Source of the DNA: a virus
Length of the DNA stretch: 64,000 nucleotides
Direction: 5' to 3' (one strand)
Virus record (IMG/VR): IMGVR_UViG_3300035696_000020
Span: 39,892 to 103,891 of that record
Part shown: piece after piece, positions 1-8,505 of the stretch
Layout of the letters: the number at the start of each line of letters is the position of its first letter
How positions within the stretch are numbered: position 1 is the first letter of the stretch
Made by a program: the position numbers and the translations under genes
The notes under the pieces: model-generated
Seen by the model: only the letters and a program-made list of their open reading frames with translations
Told to the model about the DNA's origin: nothing
Database searches by the model: none

Positions 1-1
1 A

Positions 2-1120
2 TGGCTACTCGAACCTGGCTGGAAAGACGTGCCGTTCATCGGTTTGAGTGCGACTCCGTGGACGAAAGGGCTGGGCAAGTATTTCGATTCCCTGCTGATT
101 GCGGCGACGACTCGGGAGTTGATCGACAAGGGTTTGCTTTCGAAATTTCGGGTATTTGCGACCGGCCATCCCGATTTGCGCGACGTGAAGATCGTTGCTG
201 GCGACTACCACGAGGGCGAACTTTCGGACGCGATGCAGGCCGGTACGTTGACGGCGGACATCGTTCGGACGTGGCAGGAAAAATGGGGCAAGGACAAGAC
301 GCTGGTGTTCGGGGTGGACTGCGCGCACGCCAAGGCATTGCAGGAAAGGTTTATCTCTGCTGGCGTGAAAGCAGCCTACCAGGACGCACGGACGCCGGAT
401 GATGAACGGCGCGCGATCCGCAAGGGCTTCCATGATGGGGCCTATCAGGTTGTCTGCAACGTCGGGACGCTGACGACGGGAGTGGACTGGGATGTTAGAT
501 GCTTAGTCCTGGCTCGGCCCACGAGGTCAGAAATGCTGTTCGTGCAGATCATCGGGCGCGCGTTGCGGACGGCACCGGGGAAGGAACACGCGCTGATCCT
601 CGACCATTCCGACACGACAATGCGCATGGGATTCGTGACGGATATTCACCACGATGGCTTGGACGACGGACTACCGAAGGCGAAGGCTGAGAGGCGCGTT
701 CGGCTACCAAAGGAATGCCCGTCATGCCAAGCCTTGCGACCAAAGGGACATGCGGCGTGCCCACATTGCGGGTTCAAACCAGAGGTTGTTTCGGGGACGA
801 TCGAGCGCGACGGCGAACTTATGGAAATCAATCCAGATGCGCCGGTTTACCAAAAGAAGGGGGCAAGCAGGAATTATACGATGGCCGAGAAGACACGCTT
901 CCTTGCGCAACTGAAAGCCTATGGATTGCTGCACGGTAGGAAGCCTGGGTGGTCGGCGTGGAGCTACAAGGAAAAGTTTGGGGTCTGGCCTGATCCGTCA
1001 ATCAAAAACACTCCACCGGCCAGCATGGTCGATGTCGAGGTGAAGGCGTGGATTAAATCGCGACAAATTGCTTTTGCGAAAAGTCGTAAAAATCCAGCGA
1101 ACGCAGGAGCGCGGGCGTGA
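2..1120 (+). CDS. Superfamily II (DEAD/DEAH-type) DNA helicase, 5'-truncated by the window, with C-terminal Zn finger
   Basis: Motif III GLSATP, motif V LTTGVD, motif VI QIIGRALR, CPSC..CPHCG; frame is open from position 2. Confidence 0.9.
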   Translation, partial: WLLEPGWKDVPFIGLSATPWTKGLGKYFDSLLIAATTRELIDKGLLSKFRVFATGHPDLRDVKIVAGDYHEGELSDAMQAGTLTADIVRTWQEKWGKDKTLVFGVDCAHAKALQERFISAGVKAAYQDARTPDDERRAIRKGFHDGAYQVVCNVGTLTTGVDWDVRCLVLARPTRSEMLFVQIIGRALRTAPGKEHALILDHSDTTMRMGFVTDIHHDGLDDGLPKAKAERRVRLPKECPSCQALRPKGHAACPHCGFKPEVVSGTIERDGELMEINPDAPVYQKKGASRNYTMAEKTRFLAQLKAYGLLHGRKPGWSAWSYKEKFGVWPDPSIKNTPPASMVDVEVKAWIKSRQIAFAKSRKNPANAGARA

Positions 1121-1275
1121 TTTGCGGGACGTGCCATGGCGACCGAGTTCTGATTATCGACCCTCGGCCTGAGAAGTTTACGACGGTGCCTTGTCCGACG
1201 TGTGAGGGCTGGGGCATTGTGCATTGCTGTGAAGGCGAGTGCGCCCAGCCCGAGAAGGAAACACCCGATGAGTGA
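1117..1275 (+). CDS. Small Cys-rich zinc-finger-like protein (52 aa; not in the ORF track)
   Basis: GTGA overlap with the helicase stop; MICGTCHG...CPTCEGWG.VHCCEGEC; overlaps the primase start. Confidence 0.6.
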   Translation: MICGTCHGDRVLIIDPRPEKFTTVPCPTCEGWGIVHCCEGECAQPEKETPDE

Positions 1276-2185
1276 GGCTTTCGTTTACCAAGTCGGCAAC
1301 CGCTGGCATGAAATCCTCCCCGCGCTCGGCGTTCCGTCCAAGTTTCTAACCGGGAAGCATCAACCGTGCCCGCTGTGTGGTGGCAAAGATCGCGCACGGT
1401 TCGACAACAAGCAGGGCCGTGGTACGTGGTTCTGCACACACTGCGGAGCCGGGGATGGTGTTACCCTAGTCATGAAAATGAAGCGGTGTTCGTTCAATGA
1501 CGCCGCAAACTTAATCAAGCCGCTAATCGGCCAAGCACGCCCGAGGAAAGTCATGGAGCAATCACCCGACGCCGCCAAGGAAATGTACCGGGGGCTGTGG
1601 AAGGCGTCCGCCCTGATCACGCTGAACGATGCGGCGGGGAAGTGGCTGAATCGGCGCTGCGGGCTTACGAAATTCCCGAAGGACCTCCGCTACGTTGAAA
1701 CGATGAAGTACGCCGACGATCCGCCCCAATATTTCTCTGGCATGATTGCACTGGTCCGGGATGCGAGCGGAAAGCCTATCAACATTCACCGGACGTTTCT
1801 GACCCCGGAAGGCGAGAAGGCCCCGGTAGAGACCCCCCGCAAGATGATGCCGGGGAGCATTCCGAAGGGTGGCGCTGTACGTCTTGGCGAGCCCAAGGAT
1901 GCGTTGGGCGTAGCCGAGGGTATCGAGACTGCGATTTCTGCTGCAACGCTCTCAGGCGTCCCCGTATGGGCTGCAATCAACGATCTGGGACTAAGCCAAT
2001 GGGAGCCTCCACCGGGGGTGGAGAAAATCCTGATCTATGCGGACAACGATAAGAACTTCGTAGGGCAGACTGCGGCGCACGTTCTGGCTAAAAGACTGGT
2101 AACTAAATACCAAGTAGAGTTGAAAATTCCACTTCACGACGGGGACGACTGGAACGACGTGGAATACCGTCTGAGGCGTGGATAA
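1268..2185 (+). CDS. Phage primase (N-terminal zinc-binding domain + Toprim)
   Basis: HQPCPLCGGKDRARF...WFCTHCGAGDG; Toprim VAEGIETA, YADND, DWND. Confidence 0.9.
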   Translation: MSEAFVYQVGNRWHEILPALGVPSKFLTGKHQPCPLCGGKDRARFDNKQGRGTWFCTHCGAGDGVTLVMKMKRCSFNDAANLIKPLIGQARPRKVMEQSPDAAKEMYRGLWKASALITLNDAAGKWLNRRCGLTKFPKDLRYVETMKYADDPPQYFSGMIALVRDASGKPINIHRTFLTPEGEKAPVETPRKMMPGSIPKGGAVRLGEPKDALGVAEGIETAISAATLSGVPVWAAINDLGLSQWEPPPGVEKILIYADNDKNFVGQTAAHVLAKRLVTKYQVELKIPLHDGDDWNDVEYRLRRG

Positions 2186-2263
2186 CCGCGATGGGGTTCT
2201 ACTGGGGGCTTGTGCTCACACGAATTATGGTGGACATTTGGGGAACGTGGTGGTGGATGCCGT

Positions 2264-3352
2264 ATGAAACAACACTTGACGATCAAACTTCGCCTTCGCG
2301 ATAAGCACGCCGCAGAACTTAATCGGCAGGCTCGCGCAGTCAATGCGGTATGGAACTACTGCAATGAGGCCCAACGGCACATGCTGCGGTGGGATCGATG
2401 GTTGTCGGCGTTTGATTTGATGAATTTAACTTCACATTCTTATTTGGAGTTGAATTTACATAGTAGCACCATTCAGCGCGTTTGTGCTCGTTATGTAAAA
2501 TGCAGATTTGCAGTCAAAATGCCGTATTTGCGGTGGCGGGGGAAGAAATCGTTAGGTTGGGTTCCATTTAATACGTCTAGAGTGTCGTTTGATGGTAAAA
2601 CGTTTAAATTTCGTGGCGTTTGCTATGAGCCTATGCATTTGCGTGATTTGCTTATACCTGGGATAAAAATTGGAGCTGGCAGTTTTAATGCAGATAACCG
2701 AGGCCATTGGTACATCAACGTCCCAATTGAGATCGACTGCGTAAATGTTGCGTCTAATTCGAAAGTAGGCATTGATCTTGGTCTAAAGAATTTGGCTGTT
2801 TTGTCTGATGGCGATGTTGTTGAGGCACCGCAGTTTTATCGCAAGAACGAAGCTGCCATTGCGACCGCACAACGAGCCAAGAAAGGCAAGAGAGCGCGAG
2901 CGACCCATAGCAAGATCGCAAATCGGCGCAAGGATTTTCTGCATAAGGCGAGTACGAGGATTGCCAAAGAATACGGACTGATAGTAGTAGGTAACATCGG
3001 TCCGTCGAAACTTGCCAAGACCCATCTAGCGAAGTCAATTCACGACGCCGGCTGGGCGGATTTCAAACGTATGCTGTCGTACAAGTCCATTAGGAATGGC
3101 GGCAGCACGCTTGAAGTCTCTGAGGCATTTAGTTCCCAAGTCTGTTCGGAGTGTGGCAGTTTGCCTACTTCGCGGCCGAGAGGTATCGCAGACCTTGGAA
3201 TAAGAGAGTGGACGTGCAGTGATTGCGGAACGGTTCATGACCGCGACGTTAATGCTGCCCGGAACATTCTCCATCGCGGGCTAGCGATGCTTGCAGAAGG
3301 TGCCTCTAAGTCGGGGAGTGGCCAAAGTTGCCGGGTTGAGGCGGGTTTGTGA
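2264..3352 (+). CDS. tnpB: IS200/IS605-family RNA-guided nuclease TnpB (no tnpA nearby)
   Basis: VWNY, RuvC-I GIDLGLK, CSECG...CSDCG Zn finger, RuvC-III HDRDVNAARNI. Confidence 0.9.
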   Translation: MKQHLTIKLRLRDKHAAELNRQARAVNAVWNYCNEAQRHMLRWDRWLSAFDLMNLTSHSYLELNLHSSTIQRVCARYVKCRFAVKMPYLRWRGKKSLGWVPFNTSRVSFDGKTFKFRGVCYEPMHLRDLLIPGIKIGAGSFNADNRGHWYINVPIEIDCVNVASNSKVGIDLGLKNLAVLSDGDVVEAPQFYRKNEAAIATAQRAKKGKRARATHSKIANRRKDFLHKASTRIAKEYGLIVVGNIGPSKLAKTHLAKSIHDAGWADFKRMLSYKSIRNGGSTLEVSEAFSSQVCSECGSLPTSRPRGIADLGIREWTCSDCGTVHDRDVNAARNILHRGLAMLAEGASKSGSGQSCRVEAGL

Positions 3353-3388
3353 TAATAACCAGCCGAAATGCACTGCGGAGGGCGAGAG

Positions 3389-3643
3389 ATGTCTGAAAAG
3401 CCTATCGTTGCCATGAACAGAGAGGACAGAGACGACATCAATAGCCCTGTAATCGGCTATATGTGCCTGATCGAGTATGAATACGAAGTCGGGGCGGCTA
3501 GTGGTGGCAGTATGGTCTATCCTAGCGTTGACGATCTTAAGAAAAATCATCTGTGCGTTGATTCTTGCGGGGTCGTTGAGGTTGAGGTTCGGGCACGACG
3601 TATCGTTCAGGAACCCAAAGAAGAGGAATGGGTAGCCGAATGA
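3389..3643 (+). CDS. Hypothetical protein
   Basis: ORF with GGAGGG RBS downstream of a TTGCCG-17-GATAAT promoter-like site. Confidence 0.55.
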   Translation: MSEKPIVAMNREDRDDINSPVIGYMCLIEYEYEVGAASGGSMVYPSVDDLKKNHLCVDSCGVVEVEVRARRIVQEPKEEEWVAE

Positions 3644-3724
3644 CCACCCTCGCCAAGCGCGCGACTCCAGCGCAGGCCAAGATTAAGCTGCGGGCGATCG
3701 ACAAGTTGCAGCGGGAGTTAGGCA

Positions 3725-3937
3725 ATGAGCGACCTTAACGACGCTGACCTTGCGCCATGTCCATTTTGCGGCAGTCCCGCAGAGTTTGAACGGAAGGGCA
3801 CGCACGCTCGTTCCTGTATCGTGGCTTGTACTATGTGTGGCTGTAGCCTTGAAACCGGAGAAACTTGGAACTCAGGGAAGGCTTGGAATACGCGATGGTC
3901 GATTGAAAGAGCCGTCGCGGAAAATGGGGGAAACTAA
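3725..3937 (+). CDS. Lar-family restriction alleviation-like Zn-finger protein
   Basis: LAPCPFCGS...CTMCG...AWNTR pattern. Confidence 0.75.
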   Translation: MSDLNDADLAPCPFCGSPAEFERKGTHARSCIVACTMCGCSLETGETWNSGKAWNTRWSIERAVAENGGN

Positions 3938-4453
3938 GTGGAGCAATGGTATTGTGCTTTCTGCACGCCGCAGGGGGAGGCTCGTGCAAAGTTGGGAATT
4001 GAAGCCGCAGGGTTCGAAGCGTTCCTACCCGTAGAAAGGATACGCGGGCCACTGAGCGTAAAGCGCCGGCAACATGCTGTCATGGCCAGACCGCTGTTCC
4101 CACGCTACCTATTCGCGTACTTCGACGCAGGGACGGACCACCATAAGATCATCGCAATCGACGGGATCGAGCACCTACTACAGAACGCCGGGAAGTTGGT
4201 AAAGGTCCCGCAATCCACAATCGATGTGTTCCGCAATCTCCAGCGTGCGGGGGTGTTCGATAGGGTCGATCCGATGTCTGGCTTGAAGTCGGGGGACGCG
4301 GTAAAGATCACGGAGGGGCCATTTGCGGGGCTGATAGCTCGGGTGAAGTCGGCGCGGTCGAGGGACAGGATTAAGGTGTTGTTGGAGTTCTTGGGGCAGG
4401 CGACGGAAGCGGATTTGTCGGTGGAAATGATGGGAAAGGTGGGGCATGTTTGA
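3938..4453 (+). CDS. NusG/RfaH-family transcription antitermination factor
   Basis: WY...PQGE, PLFPRYLF (NGN domain), GDAVKITEGPFAG (KOW). Confidence 0.9.
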   Translation: MEQWYCAFCTPQGEARAKLGIEAAGFEAFLPVERIRGPLSVKRRQHAVMARPLFPRYLFAYFDAGTDHHKIIAIDGIEHLLQNAGKLVKVPQSTIDVFRNLQRAGVFDRVDPMSGLKSGDAVKITEGPFAGLIARVKSARSRDRIKVLLEFLGQATEADLSVEMMGKVGHV

Positions 4454-5687
4454 CAACGCAATCACTTGGGCGACATCTAATCCTATCTTGGTCGGTGGCG
4501 TAGGGACGCTTCTGTTTGGCTCTCTTCTGTATCTAGCGAAGGCTATTCCGTCAACGATCTACAATTCAATTCGTCGTATGTTGACGATTGATTTTACAAT
4601 GACTTCCGAAGCCTATCTTTATGAAGAGGTAATAGAGATTCTGAGCAAGTCAAGGGTTCCACTGTTCTGCCGTAGTTACGCGATTAGTCAAAAGACTGGC
4701 AGGACGCTAGGTGCGGGGTTTGGCTCATCGATAGGGTTCTATCGTGGACGATTGGTATTTTTCCACCGTCAGTTAATGGATGGTAAATTGTATTTGTTCG
4801 AACAAGTACATGCGACCTTGTTTTCTCGTAATACAAAATTGTTGGAGAAAATATTAGAGGAAGCGGCGGCGCCTAAGAATGATGATGATATTACTGTCTA
4901 TCTTTCGGTGGCAGCATCATGGAATTATTCAACAAAGAAACGCAAGCGACCTCTTGATACGGTATTCTGCAACAATGGAACGAAGCAGGATATCATCAAT
5001 GAAATCGATTGGTTCTTTGCAAATGAGGATTGGTATCGTCGTCGGGGGATGCCGTATAAGAAGGTGTTTTTGCTTTCAGGTCCTCCGGGGTGTGGCAAGT
5101 CAAGCCTGATTTATGCGATTTCATCGCACTTCAATCGTAACGTAGCTAGTATGACGAACGTTCTTAATGTTGGGCAACTTTTGTCTAATATTCCAGAGAA
5201 TGCCTTTGTCGCGATTGAAGACATTGATATGCTTGCGATATCTCGGGATGAGAGTCCGCAAGATATGCCGGCGCCGCCAACACTGACTGGTAAATTGGAA
5301 ATCAAGTCCATTTCTGCAAAAACAGCGTTGCACCATCTAATCAATACACTTGATGGACTTGCGACGCCAGAAGGAATGGTTGTCTTCATCACCACGAACT
5401 ACAAGGATCGTCTCGATCCAGCCCTTATCCGTCCTGGCCGGATCGACCATGACATTGAAATCGGCCCTCTCAATGCACAGGCAACCGAGGAAATGTTCGT
5501 ATCGTTCTACGGGGATGAGTATCGCTATTTGATTCGTGGCTACACGACCTCCCGTCATTTCATCCCGCAGACCGGCGCCGAGTGCCAACGTGTCTTCATG
5601 GCGTGTAAAAGCGCAAATGAGGCGGTGCACGAACTGCATCGGCGGGAGGGTGAGGTAGTGCATCGGTTGGGAACGGTATCGGGATAA
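4446..5687 (+). CDS. BCS1-like membrane-anchored AAA+ ATPase
   Basis: N-terminal TM helix; KRPLDTV; WYRRRGMPY; Walker A GPPGCGKSS; IEDID; LINTLDG; TTNYKDRLDPALIRPGRID. Confidence 0.85.
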   Translation: MFDNAITWATSNPILVGGVGTLLFGSLLYLAKAIPSTIYNSIRRMLTIDFTMTSEAYLYEEVIEILSKSRVPLFCRSYAISQKTGRTLGAGFGSSIGFYRGRLVFFHRQLMDGKLYLFEQVHATLFSRNTKLLEKILEEAAAPKNDDDITVYLSVAASWNYSTKKRKRPLDTVFCNNGTKQDIINEIDWFFANEDWYRRRGMPYKKVFLLSGPPGCGKSSLIYAISSHFNRNVASMTNVLNVGQLLSNIPENAFVAIEDIDMLAISRDESPQDMPAPPTLTGKLEIKSISAKTALHHLINTLDGLATPEGMVVFITTNYKDRLDPALIRPGRIDHDIEIGPLNAQATEEMFVSFYGDEYRYLIRGYTTSRHFIPQTGAECQRVFMACKSANEAVHELHRREGEVVHRLGTVSG

Positions 5688-5851
5688 AGTACGAATTGTG
5701 TGCGTAATGCGGCGAGTATGGTTGACAAAACGACGATAAAATGCAAGGGATGTGCGATGTTTGAACACGTATTCGGCGCGCTTATCATGTTCGGGGTGTT
5801 TGCGATCCTGGTCATTCTGTTGTGGCGCGGCGCTGGGAATGCCTAACTGAA

Positions 5852-6151
5852 ATGATACGCCTATTCCGAACTTGCTACGCTTGTCCTGAGCAATACGATG
5901 CCTATGATGGCGACAAACAGGTAGGGTATCTTAGGCTGCGGCACGGTTGCTTTACTGTAGAATGCCCAGATGTGGCTGGGACAATGGTTTATTCGGCTGG
6001 TCCAAGAGGGGATGGAATCTTTGAGGATGACGAGCGGGATTACTATCTGAGGTTCGCGGTGGACGCAATTCAACGGTGGCAGGCCGGTAGTAAGACTGAC
6101 CCTCCCGATGTGCAATATGAGATTGTAGAGGAAAAAGATGTGGAAGCCTGA
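5852..6151 (+). CDS. Conserved phage hypothetical protein
   Basis: TCYACPEQYDA...VGYLRLRHG; overlaps the next gene. Confidence 0.65.
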   Translation: MIRLFRTCYACPEQYDAYDGDKQVGYLRLRHGCFTVECPDVAGTMVYSAGPRGDGIFEDDERDYYLRFAVDAIQRWQAGSKTDPPDVQYEIVEEKDVEA

Positions 6152-7004
6152 CGTTTGCTTTTACCACAAGGATTGCCCAGACGGTTTTGCGGCTGCCTGG
6201 GTAGTCAAGCGTAAGTGGCCGGATGTAGTCTGCGAGCCGGTTAACTATGGCTTGGAACTGCCGGATGTAGACCTGACTAGCAAGAATCTGCTGGTGGTGG
6301 ACTTCTCGTTCAAGCCAGATGTGTGCCGGAAACTGGCGGAACGGGCGAAATCAATTGTGATAGCCGATCATCACAAAACGGCAAAGGCTGATTTGCAAGA
6401 GTTTATCGTCCCTGAAAATCTGACGTATGTGACGGCAGATATGTATCCGTCCTCTCAATCAATTCTTGCAAACTTCGATATGGACCGTTCCGGCGCGCGT
6501 ATGGCATGGGATTTCTGCTTCCCTGGCGAGGAATGCCCTATGCTCGTGCAGTTTGTCGAGGACCGGGACCTGTGGCGGTTCAAGTTGGAAGGGTCGCGGG
6601 CGTTTGGGTTGTATCTGCGAAGCGTGCCGTACAGTTTTGAGTCTTGGGACGGCGTTTACGAGTTTATGAAGGCAAACCCAAGCGTTCTCATGCAACAGGC
6701 GTACTGCATCGAGCAATTCTTCGACCAACAGATTGAGGATATGGTCAAAACCGCAATCTTCAAGAAGATCGGCAAGTGGGAAGTCCCAGTAGCCTATGCG
6801 CCGTATGCGTTCACAAGCGATCTGGCGCACCAATTGCTGAAAAAGTACCCTGACGCTCCGTTTGCGGCGGTAATCGTGGATGCCTACGGTGAGCAGACCT
6901 ATTCACTTCGATCAGAGGATGGTCGTGAGGACGTTAGCGAGGTGGCGAAGCAATACGGTGGGGGCGGGCATCGTAATGCAAGTGGTTTCCGCGTCCCGAG
7001 TTGA
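6138..7004 (+). CDS. DHH/DHHA1-family phosphoesterase
   Basis: YHKDCPDG, VVDFS, ADHHKT, EDRDLW, YSLRS, GGGGHRNASGF. Confidence 0.9.
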   Translation: MWKPDVCFYHKDCPDGFAAAWVVKRKWPDVVCEPVNYGLELPDVDLTSKNLLVVDFSFKPDVCRKLAERAKSIVIADHHKTAKADLQEFIVPENLTYVTADMYPSSQSILANFDMDRSGARMAWDFCFPGEECPMLVQFVEDRDLWRFKLEGSRAFGLYLRSVPYSFESWDGVYEFMKANPSVLMQQAYCIEQFFDQQIEDMVKTAIFKKIGKWEVPVAYAPYAFTSDLAHQLLKKYPDAPFAAVIVDAYGEQTYSLRSEDGREDVSEVAKQYGGGGHRNASGFRVPS

Positions 7005-7063
7005 GGTTACTTGACTTTTGCTGAAATCTATGGCAGCAATTGGAAATGAGAGAGGGGAATGTC

Positions 7064-7801
7064 ATGGCAAAGTTGAATCAGATTATCGCGATCGAAAAGG
7101 GTATCAAATCAAGGGTCTACAGTGAATTGACCGACTTGAACAAGGCTATCCAGAAGCCTGAATTGTTCAACGGCTTTTCTAAGACATATCAAAAGAAGGA
7201 TGAGGACGGCGAGGATTTGCCGGCTGAAAAGAAGCGCGTCCAGTTCATCGGTGATGAGGTGTTGCGCGCGGTCGAGCGGTCAATGACTGAATTGATGGAG
7301 GTCACTGCCCGTAAGGATTGGACGAACTGCGTCGCTACTGCGAATGTGGTGGTAGATGACCAAGTTCTGATCTCTGGGGCGCCAGTCAGTTTTCTGCTAT
7401 TTTTGGAAAAGCAGTTGACCGATCTTCGTACTTTGGTCGCCAATATGCCGGTTCTTGATGAGGCCGAGACTTGGAGCAAGGATTCCAACTCTGGCCTGTA
7501 TAAGACTGAGGCCACCTCGACGCATCGGACCAAGAAGGTTTCGAAGCCAATCGTTCTTTATCCAGCTACACCGGAGCATCCGGCGCAGACTCAGATGACA
7601 ACCGAGGATGTGATCGCCGGGTTTTGGCATCAGGTCAAACATAGCGGCGCACTTCCAAAGCCGGAAAAGCAAGACATTGCCAGCCGGGTTGAAAAGTTGC
7701 TCAAGGCTGTGAAAGAGGCTCGCGAGGCAGCGAACATTCACGATGAGGTCACATCGCCGGCTGTCGGTGGTGCGGTTTTTGGGTATCTGTTGGGAGATTA
7801 A
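7064..7801 (+). CDS. Uncharacterised helical protein (245 aa) coupled to the downstream ncRNA
   Basis: GAGGGG RBS, TTGACT promoter-like box near 7011; MAKLNQIIAIEKG..., LLFLEKQL, AVKEAREAAN; no catalytic motif recognised. Confidence 0.85.
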   Translation: MAKLNQIIAIEKGIKSRVYSELTDLNKAIQKPELFNGFSKTYQKKDEDGEDLPAEKKRVQFIGDEVLRAVERSMTELMEVTARKDWTNCVATANVVVDDQVLISGAPVSFLLFLEKQLTDLRTLVANMPVLDEAETWSKDSNSGLYKTEATSTHRTKKVSKPIVLYPATPEHPAQTQMTTEDVIAGFWHQVKHSGALPKPEKQDIASRVEKLLKAVKEAREAANIHDEVTSPAVGGAVFGYLLGD

Positions 7802-8160
7802 CGAACAAGCTCAAGCTTGTTGTGAAACTGAAAGACGAACGTGAAGGTTCGAGTCCTTCCCCCCGCACCAAAACCTGAGCGGGGGTGCCGGAACGCAGAC
7901 GGGCGGTCTAAAGCCGTGTTCGTTCAATCTCAGATTATTCACCCCAAGTTGAGCATTGTCGCGCTGATCCTATCAAGGTGCATGGTGAAAAGCTCGAAAG
8001 ACACTGGTTCAAATCCAGTCGGCCGCTCCAAAACCTGTGCGGCCGTAGTTCAGTGGAAGAACGTTCGTCCTGAATCTTATACCGTGTATTAAACGCCGAG
8101 GATTGGGTGAAGTCGCGATTAAGCGGTCCCGTGGCATCGGATACATGCCACGGGACACCA
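7802..8160 (+). ncRNA. Structured RNA with two circularly permuted tRNA-like modules (YrlA/two-piece-tmRNA-like topology)
   Basis: Twice: T arm, 7-nt acceptor 3' strand + NCCA, AAACCTG linker, complementary 5' strand, D arm (7843-7903 and 8003-8063); nested long-range stems; terminal 12-bp hairpin. Confidence 0.75.
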
Positions 8161-8165
8161 TTTTC
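8126..8165 (+). terminator. Probable intrinsic terminator or 3' hairpin of the ncRNA
   Basis: GTCCCGTGGCAT/ATGCCACGGGAC perfect 12-bp stem followed by ACCATTTTC. Confidence 0.5.
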
Positions 8166-8189
8166 GAGGTTTGGTCGCAAAAAAAGTGC

Positions 8190-8218
8190 TTGACTTGCCG
8201 TCAAAAGTGTGGTTCAAT
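8190..8218 (+). promoter_or_regulatory. Sigma70-like promoter heading the RNA island
   Basis: A-tract, TTGACT-17 bp-TTCAAT. Confidence 0.5.
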
Positions 8219-8505
8219 ACAAGGATGAAGTTTGCGACACGTAAATCCGCCACGAACTGTTGGCATCGGGAACGCCCGGTGTCGTTGTGTGGCATGAATC
8301 CCGAGGTCGGGATTTAATACGGTAGGGGAAACTCTGCCGAATCACAGGCAGAGATCACGGTTCCACTTCAAATCATGATCGAAGCCTGACTAGGCCCTCC
8401 ACGGATGTACTGGAGGGTCTGACGCCTTATTTTTCTGTGGATAAAGCCACTTAGGATAGGGCGTGCTGTTTGACATTGTGGATGTGAACGTTCACTGTTT
8501 GTTCC

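Noticed and set aside
7879-8030. Reading the 5' strand of module 1 through the T arm/CCA of module 2 as one ordinary intron-containing tRNA
   Set aside because: GCGGGGG versus CGGCCGC gives two G-G mismatches, whereas the permuted pairings are perfect 7/7 in both modules
7841-8092. 83-aa ORF in the ORF track
   Set aside because: It runs across the tRNA-like modules, has no RBS or recognisable motif, and is better explained as ncRNA
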